From assembly GCA_036574205.1 (NCBI GenBank), contig JAINCQ010000021.1, positions 1 through 64,000 of the forward strand: 64,000 nucleotides of DNA, in the 5' to 3' direction. This document shows positions 20,133-28,999 of the stretch, piece by piece. Position 1 is the first letter of the stretch. Every line of letters starts with the position of its first letter. The stretch comes from Elusimicrobiota bacterium (GTDB taxonomy: Bacteria; Elusimicrobiota; Elusimicrobia; Elusimicrobiales; UBA9959). A model generated the notes under the pieces. It did not search any database and had not been told where the DNA came from. It saw nothing but the letters and a program-made list of their open reading frames with translations. The translations under genes were made by a program, and so were the position numbers.

Positions 20133-20621
20133 ATGGTGAAACTTTTAAGGAAAGCTCAGGTAACAGTGGAACTGCTTCTTGTTCTGCCGGTGTTTTTTTT
20201 AATGCTTTTTACAATAATGGAGTTCGGGCTTATAGCGCATAAAGTTATAGTGGTAAATCATGCGGCTTATGAGATAGCAAGGATAGGATCTCTTTTAGCA
20301 GGCCCCCATGGAGGGCAGAAAAATACTGCTTCAAAGATAGAGTATTCTAAACTTGAAGATGTAAAATGTCAGATCTTTGGTCCAACATGTGGAGAAGTTA
20401 ATCTTATTGCTACTATAGATACAACCGGCTATGATCCTCAGGTTGGACCCCAGCATATAAATGAAGATATAGTTGTAACACTTATTTATCCTGTTCATTT
20501 AATTTTTCCGGGTCCAAATTACTTTCTGGCGGATCCACCAAGAAATGTTCATATTAAAAGGATAAGAGTTACTGTGAGGATGCCAATTGAAAAACCGTTG
20601 TTTCAAAGTACAAGTTTTTAA
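20133..20621 (+). CDS. tadE: TadE-like minor pilin
   Basis: RKA|QVTVELLLVLPVFFLMLFTIMEFG...AAYEIAR. Confidence 0.88.
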   Translation: MVKLLRKAQVTVELLLVLPVFFLMLFTIMEFGLIAHKVIVVNHAAYEIARIGSLLAGPHGGQKNTASKIEYSKLEDVKCQIFGPTCGEVNLIATIDTTGYDPQVGPQHINEDIVVTLIYPVHLIFPGPNYFLADPPRNVHIKRIRVTVRMPIEKPLFQSTSF

Positions 20622-20685
20622 CTTTTTTTTAATATTAACTTAACAAGTTAAAGGTATAATTATTTTGTAAACCTAAGGAGAAAAT

Positions 20686-21441
20686 ATGGAAAAAAAACAT
20701 ACCCTAATCCCGCTTCTTCTTGCTATAATAGCTGCATCGCTATATTGGTGGATACTATCAAGCAAGGAAAGAGAGCTTTCAAGGGCATATGAAACAGCGC
20801 AGGTTTTGGTTGCTAAATACGATCTGCCTGCCAGGACCATATTAAAATCAGATCTTGTTGAGATTGCCGAGATACCAAGAAAATTTATAGAAAAAGATGC
20901 GTATGAAGTTAGAAATCCAAGCGATATTAAACTTGTTACAAACCTTGTTACCGCAATAAGAATTCCAAAAGGAAATCAGATAACACAGTCTGCTCTTTTG
21001 ACTCTCACCCCAGAAGCTGGGTTAAGCGTAAAGGTCCCTCCCGGATATAGAGGTGCGATGCTTTCAATTGATAGTGAGATGACAAAACTTATAAAGCCTG
21101 GAGACAGGGTTGATATACTTGTAAGTTTTGATGCAATAGTGGGAGAGAAAAAAGAAAAAGTTACCGCTACTATTTTGCAAAATGTTCTGGTTCTTGGTGT
21201 GGGGTCAAACCTTGGACAGGGGATGACCTCAGATCTTGCAAAAAAACAATCATCACAGGAAGCCGCTATGCAGTCTTTTTCAGATAAAGGTTCTTTAAGC
21301 CTTGCTTTAAATCCAATAGAGGCTCAGTATCTCGCGTTATCTCAGGAGATAGGAAAAGTTAATGTTGTTGTCAGGGCCCTTGGAGATGTTGAGATACATT
21401 ATATGGAAATAGCAAGCTTTAAGAAGCTTATTAAATCTTAA
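20686..21441 (+). CDS. cpaB: Flp pilus assembly protein CpaB/RcpC
   Basis: N-terminal TM, SAF domain (VLVAKYDLPAR), VPPGYRG, IKPGDRVDILV, ILQNVLVLGV. Confidence 0.92.
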   Translation: MEKKHTLIPLLLAIIAASLYWWILSSKERELSRAYETAQVLVAKYDLPARTILKSDLVEIAEIPRKFIEKDAYEVRNPSDIKLVTNLVTAIRIPKGNQITQSALLTLTPEAGLSVKVPPGYRGAMLSIDSEMTKLIKPGDRVDILVSFDAIVGEKKEKVTATILQNVLVLGVGSNLGQGMTSDLAKKQSSQEAAMQSFSDKGSLSLALNPIEAQYLALSQEIGKVNVVVRALGDVEIHYMEIASFKKLIKS

Positions 21442-21450
21442 GGAGAATCT

Positions 21451-22170
21451 ATGATTAAAAGAATAATTTTAATAGTTTTAGCTTCGGTTCCTTTTCCTCT
21501 GGTATCTCAGGATACGATGATAGCAGTAAGCGCCGATATAGTTGAGATAAGCGGTTCTATTCAAAAAACAAGCGGATTTGGGTGGAATCAGATGCTTGAT
21601 TTCGGTGAACAAAACATCCCGGGGATTTTGACAATAGGTGATTTTGAAAGAAGAACCCAGCTTTCATCTTCGTTAAAGCTTCTTGAAACAGAAGGAAAAG
21701 CCCAGCTTCTTTCAAATCCAAAAATTGTTGTTAAAAACGGAATGCAGGCAAACTTTACTGTTGGTGGCGAGATACCAATACCTTATTCTAACAATCAAGG
21801 GATAGGAGCGGAGTTTAAAAAATTTGGAGTCATACTTCAGGTTCTTCCAACTCAGGTTCCCAACAAAAAAGATACAGTTGATGTCCAGATAGCCCTTGAG
21901 GTATCAAATCCGGATTATTCAAAGCCAGTTGTTGTTCAAAATACCACAATACCATCAATGATTACGAGGCAAATACAGACTGAAGTAGAAATAAAAAGTG
22001 GAGAAACTCTTGTAATAGGTGGACTTAAAAAAAGCACGAGAAATGTTTCCATAAACAGAGTTCCATTGCTTGGTAGTATTCCTTTTATAGGAGCGCTTTT
22101 CAGGTCAAAAGATATTGTTGAAGATCAAAGCTCATTATTTTTGTTTGTGACATTTGAAATAATAAAATAA
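21451..22170 (+). CDS. cpaC: Tad secretin (CpaC/RcpA-like), secretin domain only
   Basis: LETEGKAQLLSNP, FTVGGEIPI, EFKKFGVIL, TEVEIKSGETLVIGGL, VPLLGSIPFIGALFRS. Confidence 0.88.
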   Translation: MIKRIILIVLASVPFPLVSQDTMIAVSADIVEISGSIQKTSGFGWNQMLDFGEQNIPGILTIGDFERRTQLSSSLKLLETEGKAQLLSNPKIVVKNGMQANFTVGGEIPIPYSNNQGIGAEFKKFGVILQVLPTQVPNKKDTVDVQIALEVSNPDYSKPVVVQNTTIPSMITRQIQTEVEIKSGETLVIGGLKKSTRNVSINRVPLLGSIPFIGALFRSKDIVEDQSSLFLFVTFEIIK

Positions 22171-22171
22171 A

Positions 22172-24367
22172 ATGGCTAATAGAATTATTACATTTACTGG
22201 GCCAAAAGAAGGTGTTGGAAAAACCTCTATTGTTATTAATTCTGCTGTAGCATATGCTCATCTTGAGAACAGAAATGTAATAATAATTCCAATGGATCAT
22301 CTTGCCAGGACTGAACATGATAAAATTCTTGGAGTTCCAAATACCCCATCAGTGGTGGATATCTTGAGAATGCTTGGGAGGGATTCTATAACAAGTGCGG
22401 GAATGCTTTTAAAAGGGAAAATACCGTTTTCTACATGGGGTGTTGGGGTTTTGCCGCTTGCAAAGAAAAGGCAGGATTTGCTTAAGCTTTCTCCCGATAT
22501 TCTAACAGGACTCATTTCAAAGCTTACCCAGAATTTTGATATATTCATAGATGTTGATCCGTATTATCCGATGCAGTTTTTCGCTTTTGATATCTCGGAT
22601 CTTGTTTTCTGGGTCACAAATTCAAATGCAAATTCTTTGAATGCCTCAGCCACAATATTTCGGGATATAAACGAAATGCATTTTCCTTTGTCAAGATTTG
22701 AGATAGTTGTAAATCTTTATGATATGCCGGGGGCGCTTGCTCCAAAGGATGTGGAGAAGTTTTTTAAGCAAATCGGCAAAGAGGTTCTTGCTTTTATGCC
22801 ATGGGAAGATGCATTGCCATCGTTTGCAAATCAAAACAAGATTTTGATAGTTGAAGATCCAAACGCTCAGTGGATAAAGATATTGAAGCTTATTATATCA
22901 AGGATAATGGATATAGAGCCGGTAGAAAAAAGCTGGGCAAGCACTGCCTCTCAAACAGAGTTTACTCATGGAAGTGATCTTTTATGGAAACCGGTTGAAA
23001 AAACCTCAGATCTTTTTGGTTCGGGTGGTTCGCAAACCCAGACAAAAGTAGTAAATATAGAACTTCCGCAGTGGTGGGAAGATCTTAAAATGAAAATTCA
23101 TAGAGATGTAGTAGCTGTTCTTGAGACTGAAAGGATAAAAATAAGCGATAATCCCGTTCAAAATCAGGAAGTAAGAAAAAAAGTTGATCAAATAGTTAAT
23201 TCCCTTTTGCAAAAAGAGACGGCATATCCTTTAACGAGAGAGCAAAGGACAAGATTTATATCGGAGCTTTTAGATGAAATATTGGGTCTGGGTCCGCTTG
23301 AAGAGTTGATGAGAGATCCTGCTGTTACAGAAATAATGGTTATTTCTGTTGATAAGGTTTATATTGAAAGAGCTGGAAAACTTACAAAGACGAAATTTCG
23401 TTTCAGGGATGAGGATCAGATAATTCAGGTTATCAAAAGAATAGTTGCGCCTTTAGGAAGAAGGATTGACGAGTCTGTGCCTCTGGTGGACGCAAGGCTT
23501 AAAGATGGTTCAAGAGTCAATGCTATAATACCGCCTCTTGCAGTAAGCGGGCCTGCTCTCACTATAAGAAGATTTTCCCAGAAACCTTTTACTGACAGAG
23601 ATTTGATTTCCAAAGGAAGCATATCGCAGGATATGGTTGATTTTATAAGATTATGTGTATTGCTTAGAAAGGATATAATAATTTCAGGTGGAACCGGAAC
23701 CGGTAAAACAACTTTTTTGAATATGTGTTCCGCTTATATCCCGGAAGGAGAAAGGATAATTACTGTTGAGGATACTGCCGAGTTAAAGCTTCAGCAGGAA
23801 CACTGGGTTCGTCTTGAATCCCGTCCGCCAAACATTGAAGGCAAGGGAGAGGTTACCATAAGGGATCTTGTAAAAAACTGCTTGAGAATGAGACCTGATA
23901 GAATAGTAGTTGGGGAGGTTAGAGGAGCGGAGGCTCTGGATATGTTACAGGCTATGAATACTGGACATGAAGGTTCGCTTGCTACAATACACGCAAACTC
24001 TCCCCGTGATGCGTTGACGCGTTTAGAGGCTATGTGCCTTATGGCTGGAGCAGATTTACCGATCTGGGCACTTAGAGAGATGATTTCAAGCGCAGTTCAT
24101 ATTATAGTTCAGCTAACCAGATTTTCAGATGGAACAAGGAAAGTTACATCTATTACGGAAATAACAGGAAGAGATGAAAATAAAATTCTTACACATGAAT
24201 TGTTTAAATTTGTTCAGACGGGAGTGGATGAAAGCGGAAAGATTCTTGGATATTTTACCGCTACTGGCGAGCCACCAAAGTTTTATCCTGATTTTAAAAC
24301 TCATGGTTTTGATGTGCCGGTAGAGATGTTCTGGACTGAAGATCAAAAAAGGCAAAGGGCAAAATGA
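22172..24367 (+). CDS. tadA: Fused CpaE/TadZ (MinD-like) - CpaF/TadA pilus ATPase
   Basis: N-terminal [10 protein letters not shown] deviant Walker A; C-terminal [50 protein letters not shown]. Confidence 0.93.
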   Translation: MANRIITFTGPKEGVGKTSIVINSAVAYAHLENRNVIIIPMDHLARTEHDKILGVPNTPSVVDILRMLGRDSITSAGMLLKGKIPFSTWGVGVLPLAKKRQDLLKLSPDILTGLISKLTQNFDIFIDVDPYYPMQFFAFDISDLVFWVTNSNANSLNASATIFRDINEMHFPLSRFEIVVNLYDMPGALAPKDVEKFFKQIGKEVLAFMPWEDALPSFANQNKILIVEDPNAQWIKILKLIISRIMDIEPVEKSWASTASQTEFTHGSDLLWKPVEKTSDLFGSGGSQTQTKVVNIELPQWWEDLKMKIHRDVVAVLETERIKISDNPVQNQEVRKKVDQIVNSLLQKETAYPLTREQRTRFISELLDEILGLGPLEELMRDPAVTEIMVISVDKVYIERAGKLTKTKFRFRDEDQIIQVIKRIVAPLGRRIDESVPLVDARLKDGSRVNAIIPPLAVSGPALTIRRFSQKPFTDRDLISKGSISQDMVDFIRLCVLLRKDIIISGGTGTGKTTFLNMCSAYIPEGERIITVEDTAELKLQQEHWVRLESRPPNIEGKGEVTIRDLVKNCLRMRPDRIVVGEVRGAEALDMLQAMNTGHEGSLATIHANSPRDALTRLEAMCLMAGADLPIWALREMISSAVHIIVQLTRFSDGTRKVTSITEITGRDENKILTHELFKFVQTGVDESGKILGYFTATGEPPKFYPDFKTHGFDVPVEMFWTEDQKRQRAK

Positions 24368-25914
24368 AAAAAAATTTTTTAAAGGTAATATTGTTTTTTG
24401 GGGGATTAAATTGTTTTTTACCTCTTTCATCCGCAATTTTTTCAAAATATCAGATGGAGGAGATAAAATGCGCTTCCACAAAGGCTCAACTTTTTTATTT
24501 TTATCTCAAGCCAGATAGAGCCCCTGATATAAAGGATTTTTCTTTTAAATGCAAGGGCAATAATGTTAGATATATTATGCCACAATGGATTGACTCTACT
24601 CTTTCCAATATGATCAATAAAAAGGTCTGGCGCGATCCTGAGGAAGGAGAGGTGTCTGAAGCTGATTTATGGAGAACAGCTATATCTATAGTGTATGAAT
24701 TTCTTGAGGTAACCAAAAAAACATTTCCTCCTGAAGAGGGAGGACCTGGGATTCAACCAGCGCTTCTTGTTAAGGAGTATGCAGATGTTAAAATAAGATT
24801 CCAGATGTCTCTTGACAGGCTTTATAGGGCGCGGCTTGGCGAATCTTTTGATGGAAGGGGAAGGACCATACTTGCGATTTTTAATCTTATACTAAAAGAG
24901 ATGGAAGCCATACTTGAATCAATAGCCACTTCAAATCCGCAAAAATACAATCAAGCGGTTGTTTCTATAAGTGTTTTATCACAGGATGCTTTTTCAATGA
25001 TATTAAAGCCTTCAAGAAAGTATGAGCCACCAAGACCACCAGACAGATTCAAATTGATGTTATGGAAAATTTTTAGTGTTTTTGGAATAGTTCTCATTTT
25101 TGCAAGCGTTATATTATTTTTTGTTCTTAATGAAGAGAGTGTCAAAAAATGGAGTGAGGACTATAAAAAGAAAGTGGATATATGGAAACAGGATTTTTCA
25201 AGACAATTTCTTGATATAAACATCAATTATCTTGTGGTTGTCCCTATAATCTTTTTTGGTATTCTTGGTTTATTGACAATGAGTATACTTCTTTTCTTTT
25301 TCTTTCTCGTTATAGGGGCTATTATCGGCTTTAAACTCCCAAGGATTGTTTTAAACATCTTAAAAATGGCGCGTGGCAAAAAGATAGACGCTCAACTTAT
25401 GGATGCAATAATTCTTATGTCTAACTCATTAAAATCGGGGCTTGATATAATACAGGGTTTTGAGATGGTGTCAAAAGATCTTTTGCCGCCAATATCTGAT
25501 GAATTTGCTCTTGTTATAAAGAATTATCAACTTGGAATGCCATTTGAAAAAGCCCTGGCAATAATGGAGGATAGAGTTTCAAGCAAGATGCTTTCTTATA
25601 TGATAAGAGCCATTGTTTTACAAAGGCAGATAGGCGGAAATCTGACAAAGGTTTTTGAAAGAATTGTCATAGACATAAGAGAGGAATCAAAGCTTGAGGA
25701 AAAAACAAAGGCTCTTACTGCTCAACAGAGGATACAATCAATAGTTGTCGCAATAATGCCGTGGGTTATGGTTTCGGTGATGTTTGTTTTCCAGCCGGAT
25801 GTTATGATAAGATTTTATGCTACACCGCTTGGATTTTTTACCGCTGTTTTTTGCGTTATATGGATGAGTATAGGAATAAAGTTTGTTTCTTCGCTTGGAA
25901 AGATAGAGGTTTAA
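24364..25914 (+). CDS. tadB: TadB (T2SS F domain) with large N-terminal extra domain
   Basis: C-half DAIILMSNSLKSG, PISDEF, QRQIGGNL, KTKALTAQ; N-terminal ~230 aa with signal-like leader. Confidence 0.85.
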   Translation: MKKNFLKVILFFGGLNCFLPLSSAIFSKYQMEEIKCASTKAQLFYFYLKPDRAPDIKDFSFKCKGNNVRYIMPQWIDSTLSNMINKKVWRDPEEGEVSEADLWRTAISIVYEFLEVTKKTFPPEEGGPGIQPALLVKEYADVKIRFQMSLDRLYRARLGESFDGRGRTILAIFNLILKEMEAILESIATSNPQKYNQAVVSISVLSQDAFSMILKPSRKYEPPRPPDRFKLMLWKIFSVFGIVLIFASVILFFVLNEESVKKWSEDYKKKVDIWKQDFSRQFLDININYLVVVPIIFFGILGLLTMSILLFFFFLVIGAIIGFKLPRIVLNILKMARGKKIDAQLMDAIILMSNSLKSGLDIIQGFEMVSKDLLPPISDEFALVIKNYQLGMPFEKALAIMEDRVSSKMLSYMIRAIVLQRQIGGNLTKVFERIVIDIREESKLEEKTKALTAQQRIQSIVVAIMPWVMVSVMFVFQPDVMIRFYATPLGFFTAVFCVIWMSIGIKFVSSLGKIEV

Positions 25915-25917
25915 ATT

Positions 25918-26811
25918 ATGGATTTTTTTAACATAATATTGATAATAATAGGGGTTATAGGCGCCCTTGCAACTTTTGTTTTTACCCAGAGATTTTTTTC
26001 CCCGGCTAAGATAGAAGAGTCTGCGGTTTCAAATATAGCTGATATAGCCCAGAAAGAGGTATCACCATTTGACAGAATAGATCCTTCAAGAAGTTTTCTT
26101 GATAAGATAGATTATATACTTGCAAAGAACATGAAAATAGGAAGAAAAATAGAGAATCTTTTTATGCTTCTTGGAAAACCTGAAAACACAGATCCTCTTA
26201 AACTTTTACATATAAAAGAAGGATTGGCAGTTGGAGTTCCTATTTTCATTTTTTTCCTTATAGGTTCGCCTATAATGGCGCTGTTTTTTGCGCCTGTTGG
26301 ATTTATACTGCCTGATGTTTTTTTGAGTAGAAAGATACAAAAAAGACAGAGAGATATATTGAGAAACTTTCCTCAGTTTGTTGACCTTGCGGCGCTTATG
26401 ATAGAATCCGGGCTTGATTACATAACTGCATTTGATAGAATAGTGAAAGTTTCGCCGGTTAAAACAGAGCTTGAGAAAGAAATTGAAAAAATGATAGGTG
26501 AGATACAATTTGGATATTCCAGAAGAGACGCTTTAAGACGCCTTGCAAGTAGAACCGGACTTCAGGAGGTAAGATCTTTTTCCGGGCTTGTGATACAGAG
26601 CGATGAACTTGGAACAAGTCTTGTTGATTTATTGAGGAATTTTAGCGCGGATATGAGGTTTAGAAGATTAAATCGTGCCGAGAAATTAGCCGCTCAGGCA
26701 TCAACAAAAATGCTTATTCCTCTTTTCATATTTATATTCCCGGTTGTTTTTATATTAATGCTTGCTCCTATGATTAGCGATCTGCTTAGAGGCGGAGGTT
26801 TACCGTTTTAA
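25918..26811 (+). CDS. tadC: TadC (T2SS F domain)
   Basis: FPQFVDL...ESGL, GYSRRDAL, QSDELGTS, RAEKLAAQASTKMLIPLFIFIFP. Confidence 0.92.
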   Translation: MDFFNIILIIIGVIGALATFVFTQRFFSPAKIEESAVSNIADIAQKEVSPFDRIDPSRSFLDKIDYILAKNMKIGRKIENLFMLLGKPENTDPLKLLHIKEGLAVGVPIFIFFLIGSPIMALFFAPVGFILPDVFLSRKIQKRQRDILRNFPQFVDLAALMIESGLDYITAFDRIVKVSPVKTELEKEIEKMIGEIQFGYSRRDALRRLASRTGLQEVRSFSGLVIQSDELGTSLVDLLRNFSADMRFRRLNRAEKLAAQASTKMLIPLFIFIFPVVFILMLAPMISDLLRGGGLPF

Positions 26812-26824
26812 AGGTGGAGGTTTT

Positions 26825-28105
26825 ATGCGCTGGTTGTTTTTTTCTTGTATTTTTATTTCAGTATTTTCATTTGCTCAAAAATCCAGAGATGAATCCACTG
26901 CTTTTTTAAGCCTTGGAAATGTTGGGCTTGAAAAGTTAAACGATGTGGAGGAAAAGAAAAAATTTCTTGAAACGGTTGATATAGAAAAACAGAAAATCAG
27001 TGATTATCTCATTAAAAGAATACTTGATAACGCATATGAACTCTATCGTAATGGAGATTATGAAGGAGCAGCCACAGTTGCTAAAAAAGTTTTGTCTATA
27101 GACCCAAGCTCAGAAGAAGCAAAGATGATAGCCAATGCAAGCAGGAATATTAAGGGGAAATCTGGCGGGAAGATTTCGTTTGATGAGCAATTTGCCGAGG
27201 CTTTAACCCTCTATCAAAAGGGAGAAGTGCTTGACGCATATAGAAAGGTTGGGGTTTTAGTTAGACTTTCGCCAAGTAACGTAAAGGCAAAATACTGGTA
27301 TAAGAAGATAGAAGCTGATTTAAAAGATTATTATATATCTAAAGCCGGGGAGTATTATTCCTCAAATGATAAGAAGAATGCGCTTGTTATGTATTATAGA
27401 GCTCTTGAGTTTGCGCCAAAAGACAGGGAAATTTTATCCAGAATTTCAGGACTTGAAAATGAGATGAGGCAGGATAAGCTTAACCAGAAACTTAAAGATG
27501 CTCTTGAGATTTACGCTTCAGGCAGGATTGAGGATGCATATGCCCTGCTTAAAGAGGCGATAAGCATAAATCCGGCGGATGAGAAGACCAACAAGCTTTT
27601 TAATGAATTAAAATCTGAAATTGAAAACAAATATATAAAAGAAGGGGATGCTTTTTATAAGAAAAAACAATATTTATCATCCATAAAATCTTTTACAAAA
27701 GCGCTTGCTTACTCAGATAATCCTTCAAAACTTGAAAGAGTTATAAATAACATAAAAAAAACAATGAAGAAAGAAGAGGAAGCAAAAAAACGATATGCTG
27801 AAGAGAAAAAAAGAAAAGAGGAAGAGAAAAGGAGAAAAGAAAAAGAAGAGGAAGAAGCAAAAAAATCAGCTCAAGCCAGTACCACTGATGTTAAAACCTC
27901 AACTACTGATTTAAAAAATATTATATCAGAGCAGAATAAGATAGCGGCGCAGCAGCATTGGGTTGAAGGTGTTAAATATCTTCAAAGCGGAGATTATCAA
28001 AAAGCAAAAGAAGAACTTTCCATAGCAAAAAAACTTGATCCTACAAACTCGGATATAGACGCGGCTCTTAAAAGAATAGATCAGATCTTAGGGGGAGGAC
28101 AGTAA
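26825..28105 (+). CDS. Exported tetratricopeptide repeat protein (possible TadD-like)
   Basis: Signal peptide; several TPR motifs (AYELYRNGDYEGA...VLSIDP, ALEFAP, AISINP, AKKLDP); E/K-rich linker. Confidence 0.8.
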   Translation: MRWLFFSCIFISVFSFAQKSRDESTAFLSLGNVGLEKLNDVEEKKKFLETVDIEKQKISDYLIKRILDNAYELYRNGDYEGAATVAKKVLSIDPSSEEAKMIANASRNIKGKSGGKISFDEQFAEALTLYQKGEVLDAYRKVGVLVRLSPSNVKAKYWYKKIEADLKDYYISKAGEYYSSNDKKNALVMYYRALEFAPKDREILSRISGLENEMRQDKLNQKLKDALEIYASGRIEDAYALLKEAISINPADEKTNKLFNELKSEIENKYIKEGDAFYKKKQYLSSIKSFTKALAYSDNPSKLERVINNIKKTMKKEEEAKKRYAEEKKRKEEEKRRKEKEEEEAKKSAQASTTDVKTSTTDLKNIISEQNKIAAQQHWVEGVKYLQSGDYQKAKEELSIAKKLDPTNSDIDAALKRIDQILGGGQ

Positions 28106-28183
28106 ACTTAGTTAAGGGTTGTAAAAAGTATCTTTTATAGGTTTGAGAGTCATAACTTAAATAAAATATAATATAATATCATT

Positions 28184-28999
28184 ATGAAGTTAAAAGTTTT
28201 TTTGTGTATAATTTTGGTTTTTGTTAATTTTTCAAGCGCTAAAAATTTTATGGATTTTTCATACACAACAGGCGATAATGATTTTAATAAATATTCTTTT
28301 ACTTATCTTTTTAATTTTTCAACATATGTATTTTCAGGCTTTAATTATTCAGCCTATGATTTAAAAGATGTTTCTATAGTAAGCTCAGTAAGATTTCCAG
28401 TAAATATTTTATTAAAAAATGCTCTTTTATCTATAAAACCTTTCTATTATTTTAAAAAAGACGCATTTAAGGCAAAAGGCATAAGGCTTGGCGCAAGATA
28501 TATGAAGGGGGATGAAGAGAAAGAGATAAATACAGTATACTCTGGATTTATAGGGTATGCTAATATGGAATATGAGTCTAAAACTTTGAGTATAACTTAT
28601 GCTGATGCTTCTATTGAAAAAAATTTCTACGATCTTTTTTTCTTTTTTATCAGAGGGGGGGTCAGGCTTTCAAAAGAAGTTGTTAAATGGCCTGTTTGTT
28701 ATTTAGACAATTTGGATGTTTTAAGTTATAGTTATAGCGGCGTTTTATCTGATACTATTCACTCTGTTATAGGGCTTGAGCTGGCGCGAAGTTTTAAGCC
28801 AGATTTTAATAGTTATGTATATATCGGCGCAAACAGAATTAACACTTATTATAGCGATGTAAATTCATATTCCGCCGGCATTAAAACTTATCTTGACGAT
28901 AAAGAAAACTATTATATGGATTTCAATTATAATTATGCGGATTTTAAGAAAGGCAAAGATATTGATTTCTGGAAAATTTCAACAGGGATTAATTTTTAA
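28184..28999 (+). CDS. Putative outer-membrane beta-barrel protein
   Basis: Signal peptide, Tyr/Phe-rich alternating strands, C-terminal ISTGINF. Confidence 0.6.
   Translation: MKLKVFLCIILVFVNFSSAKNFMDFSYTTGDNDFNKYSFTYLFNFSTYVFSGFNYSAYDLKDVSIVSSVRFPVNILLKNALLSIKPFYYFKKDAFKAKGIRLGARYMKGDEEKEINTVYSGFIGYANMEYESKTLSITYADASIEKNFYDLFFFFIRGGVRLSKEVVKWPVCYLDNLDVLSYSYSGVLSDTIHSVIGLELARSFKPDFNSYVYIGANRINTYYSDVNSYSAGIKTYLDDKENYYMDFNYNYADFKKGKDIDFWKISTGINF

Noticed and set aside
20635..20651. TTAACTT-AAC-AAGTTAA palindrome upstream of cpaB as a CtrA-like box
   Set aside because: Spacing does not match TTAA-N7-TTAA, and short AT palindromes are expected by chance
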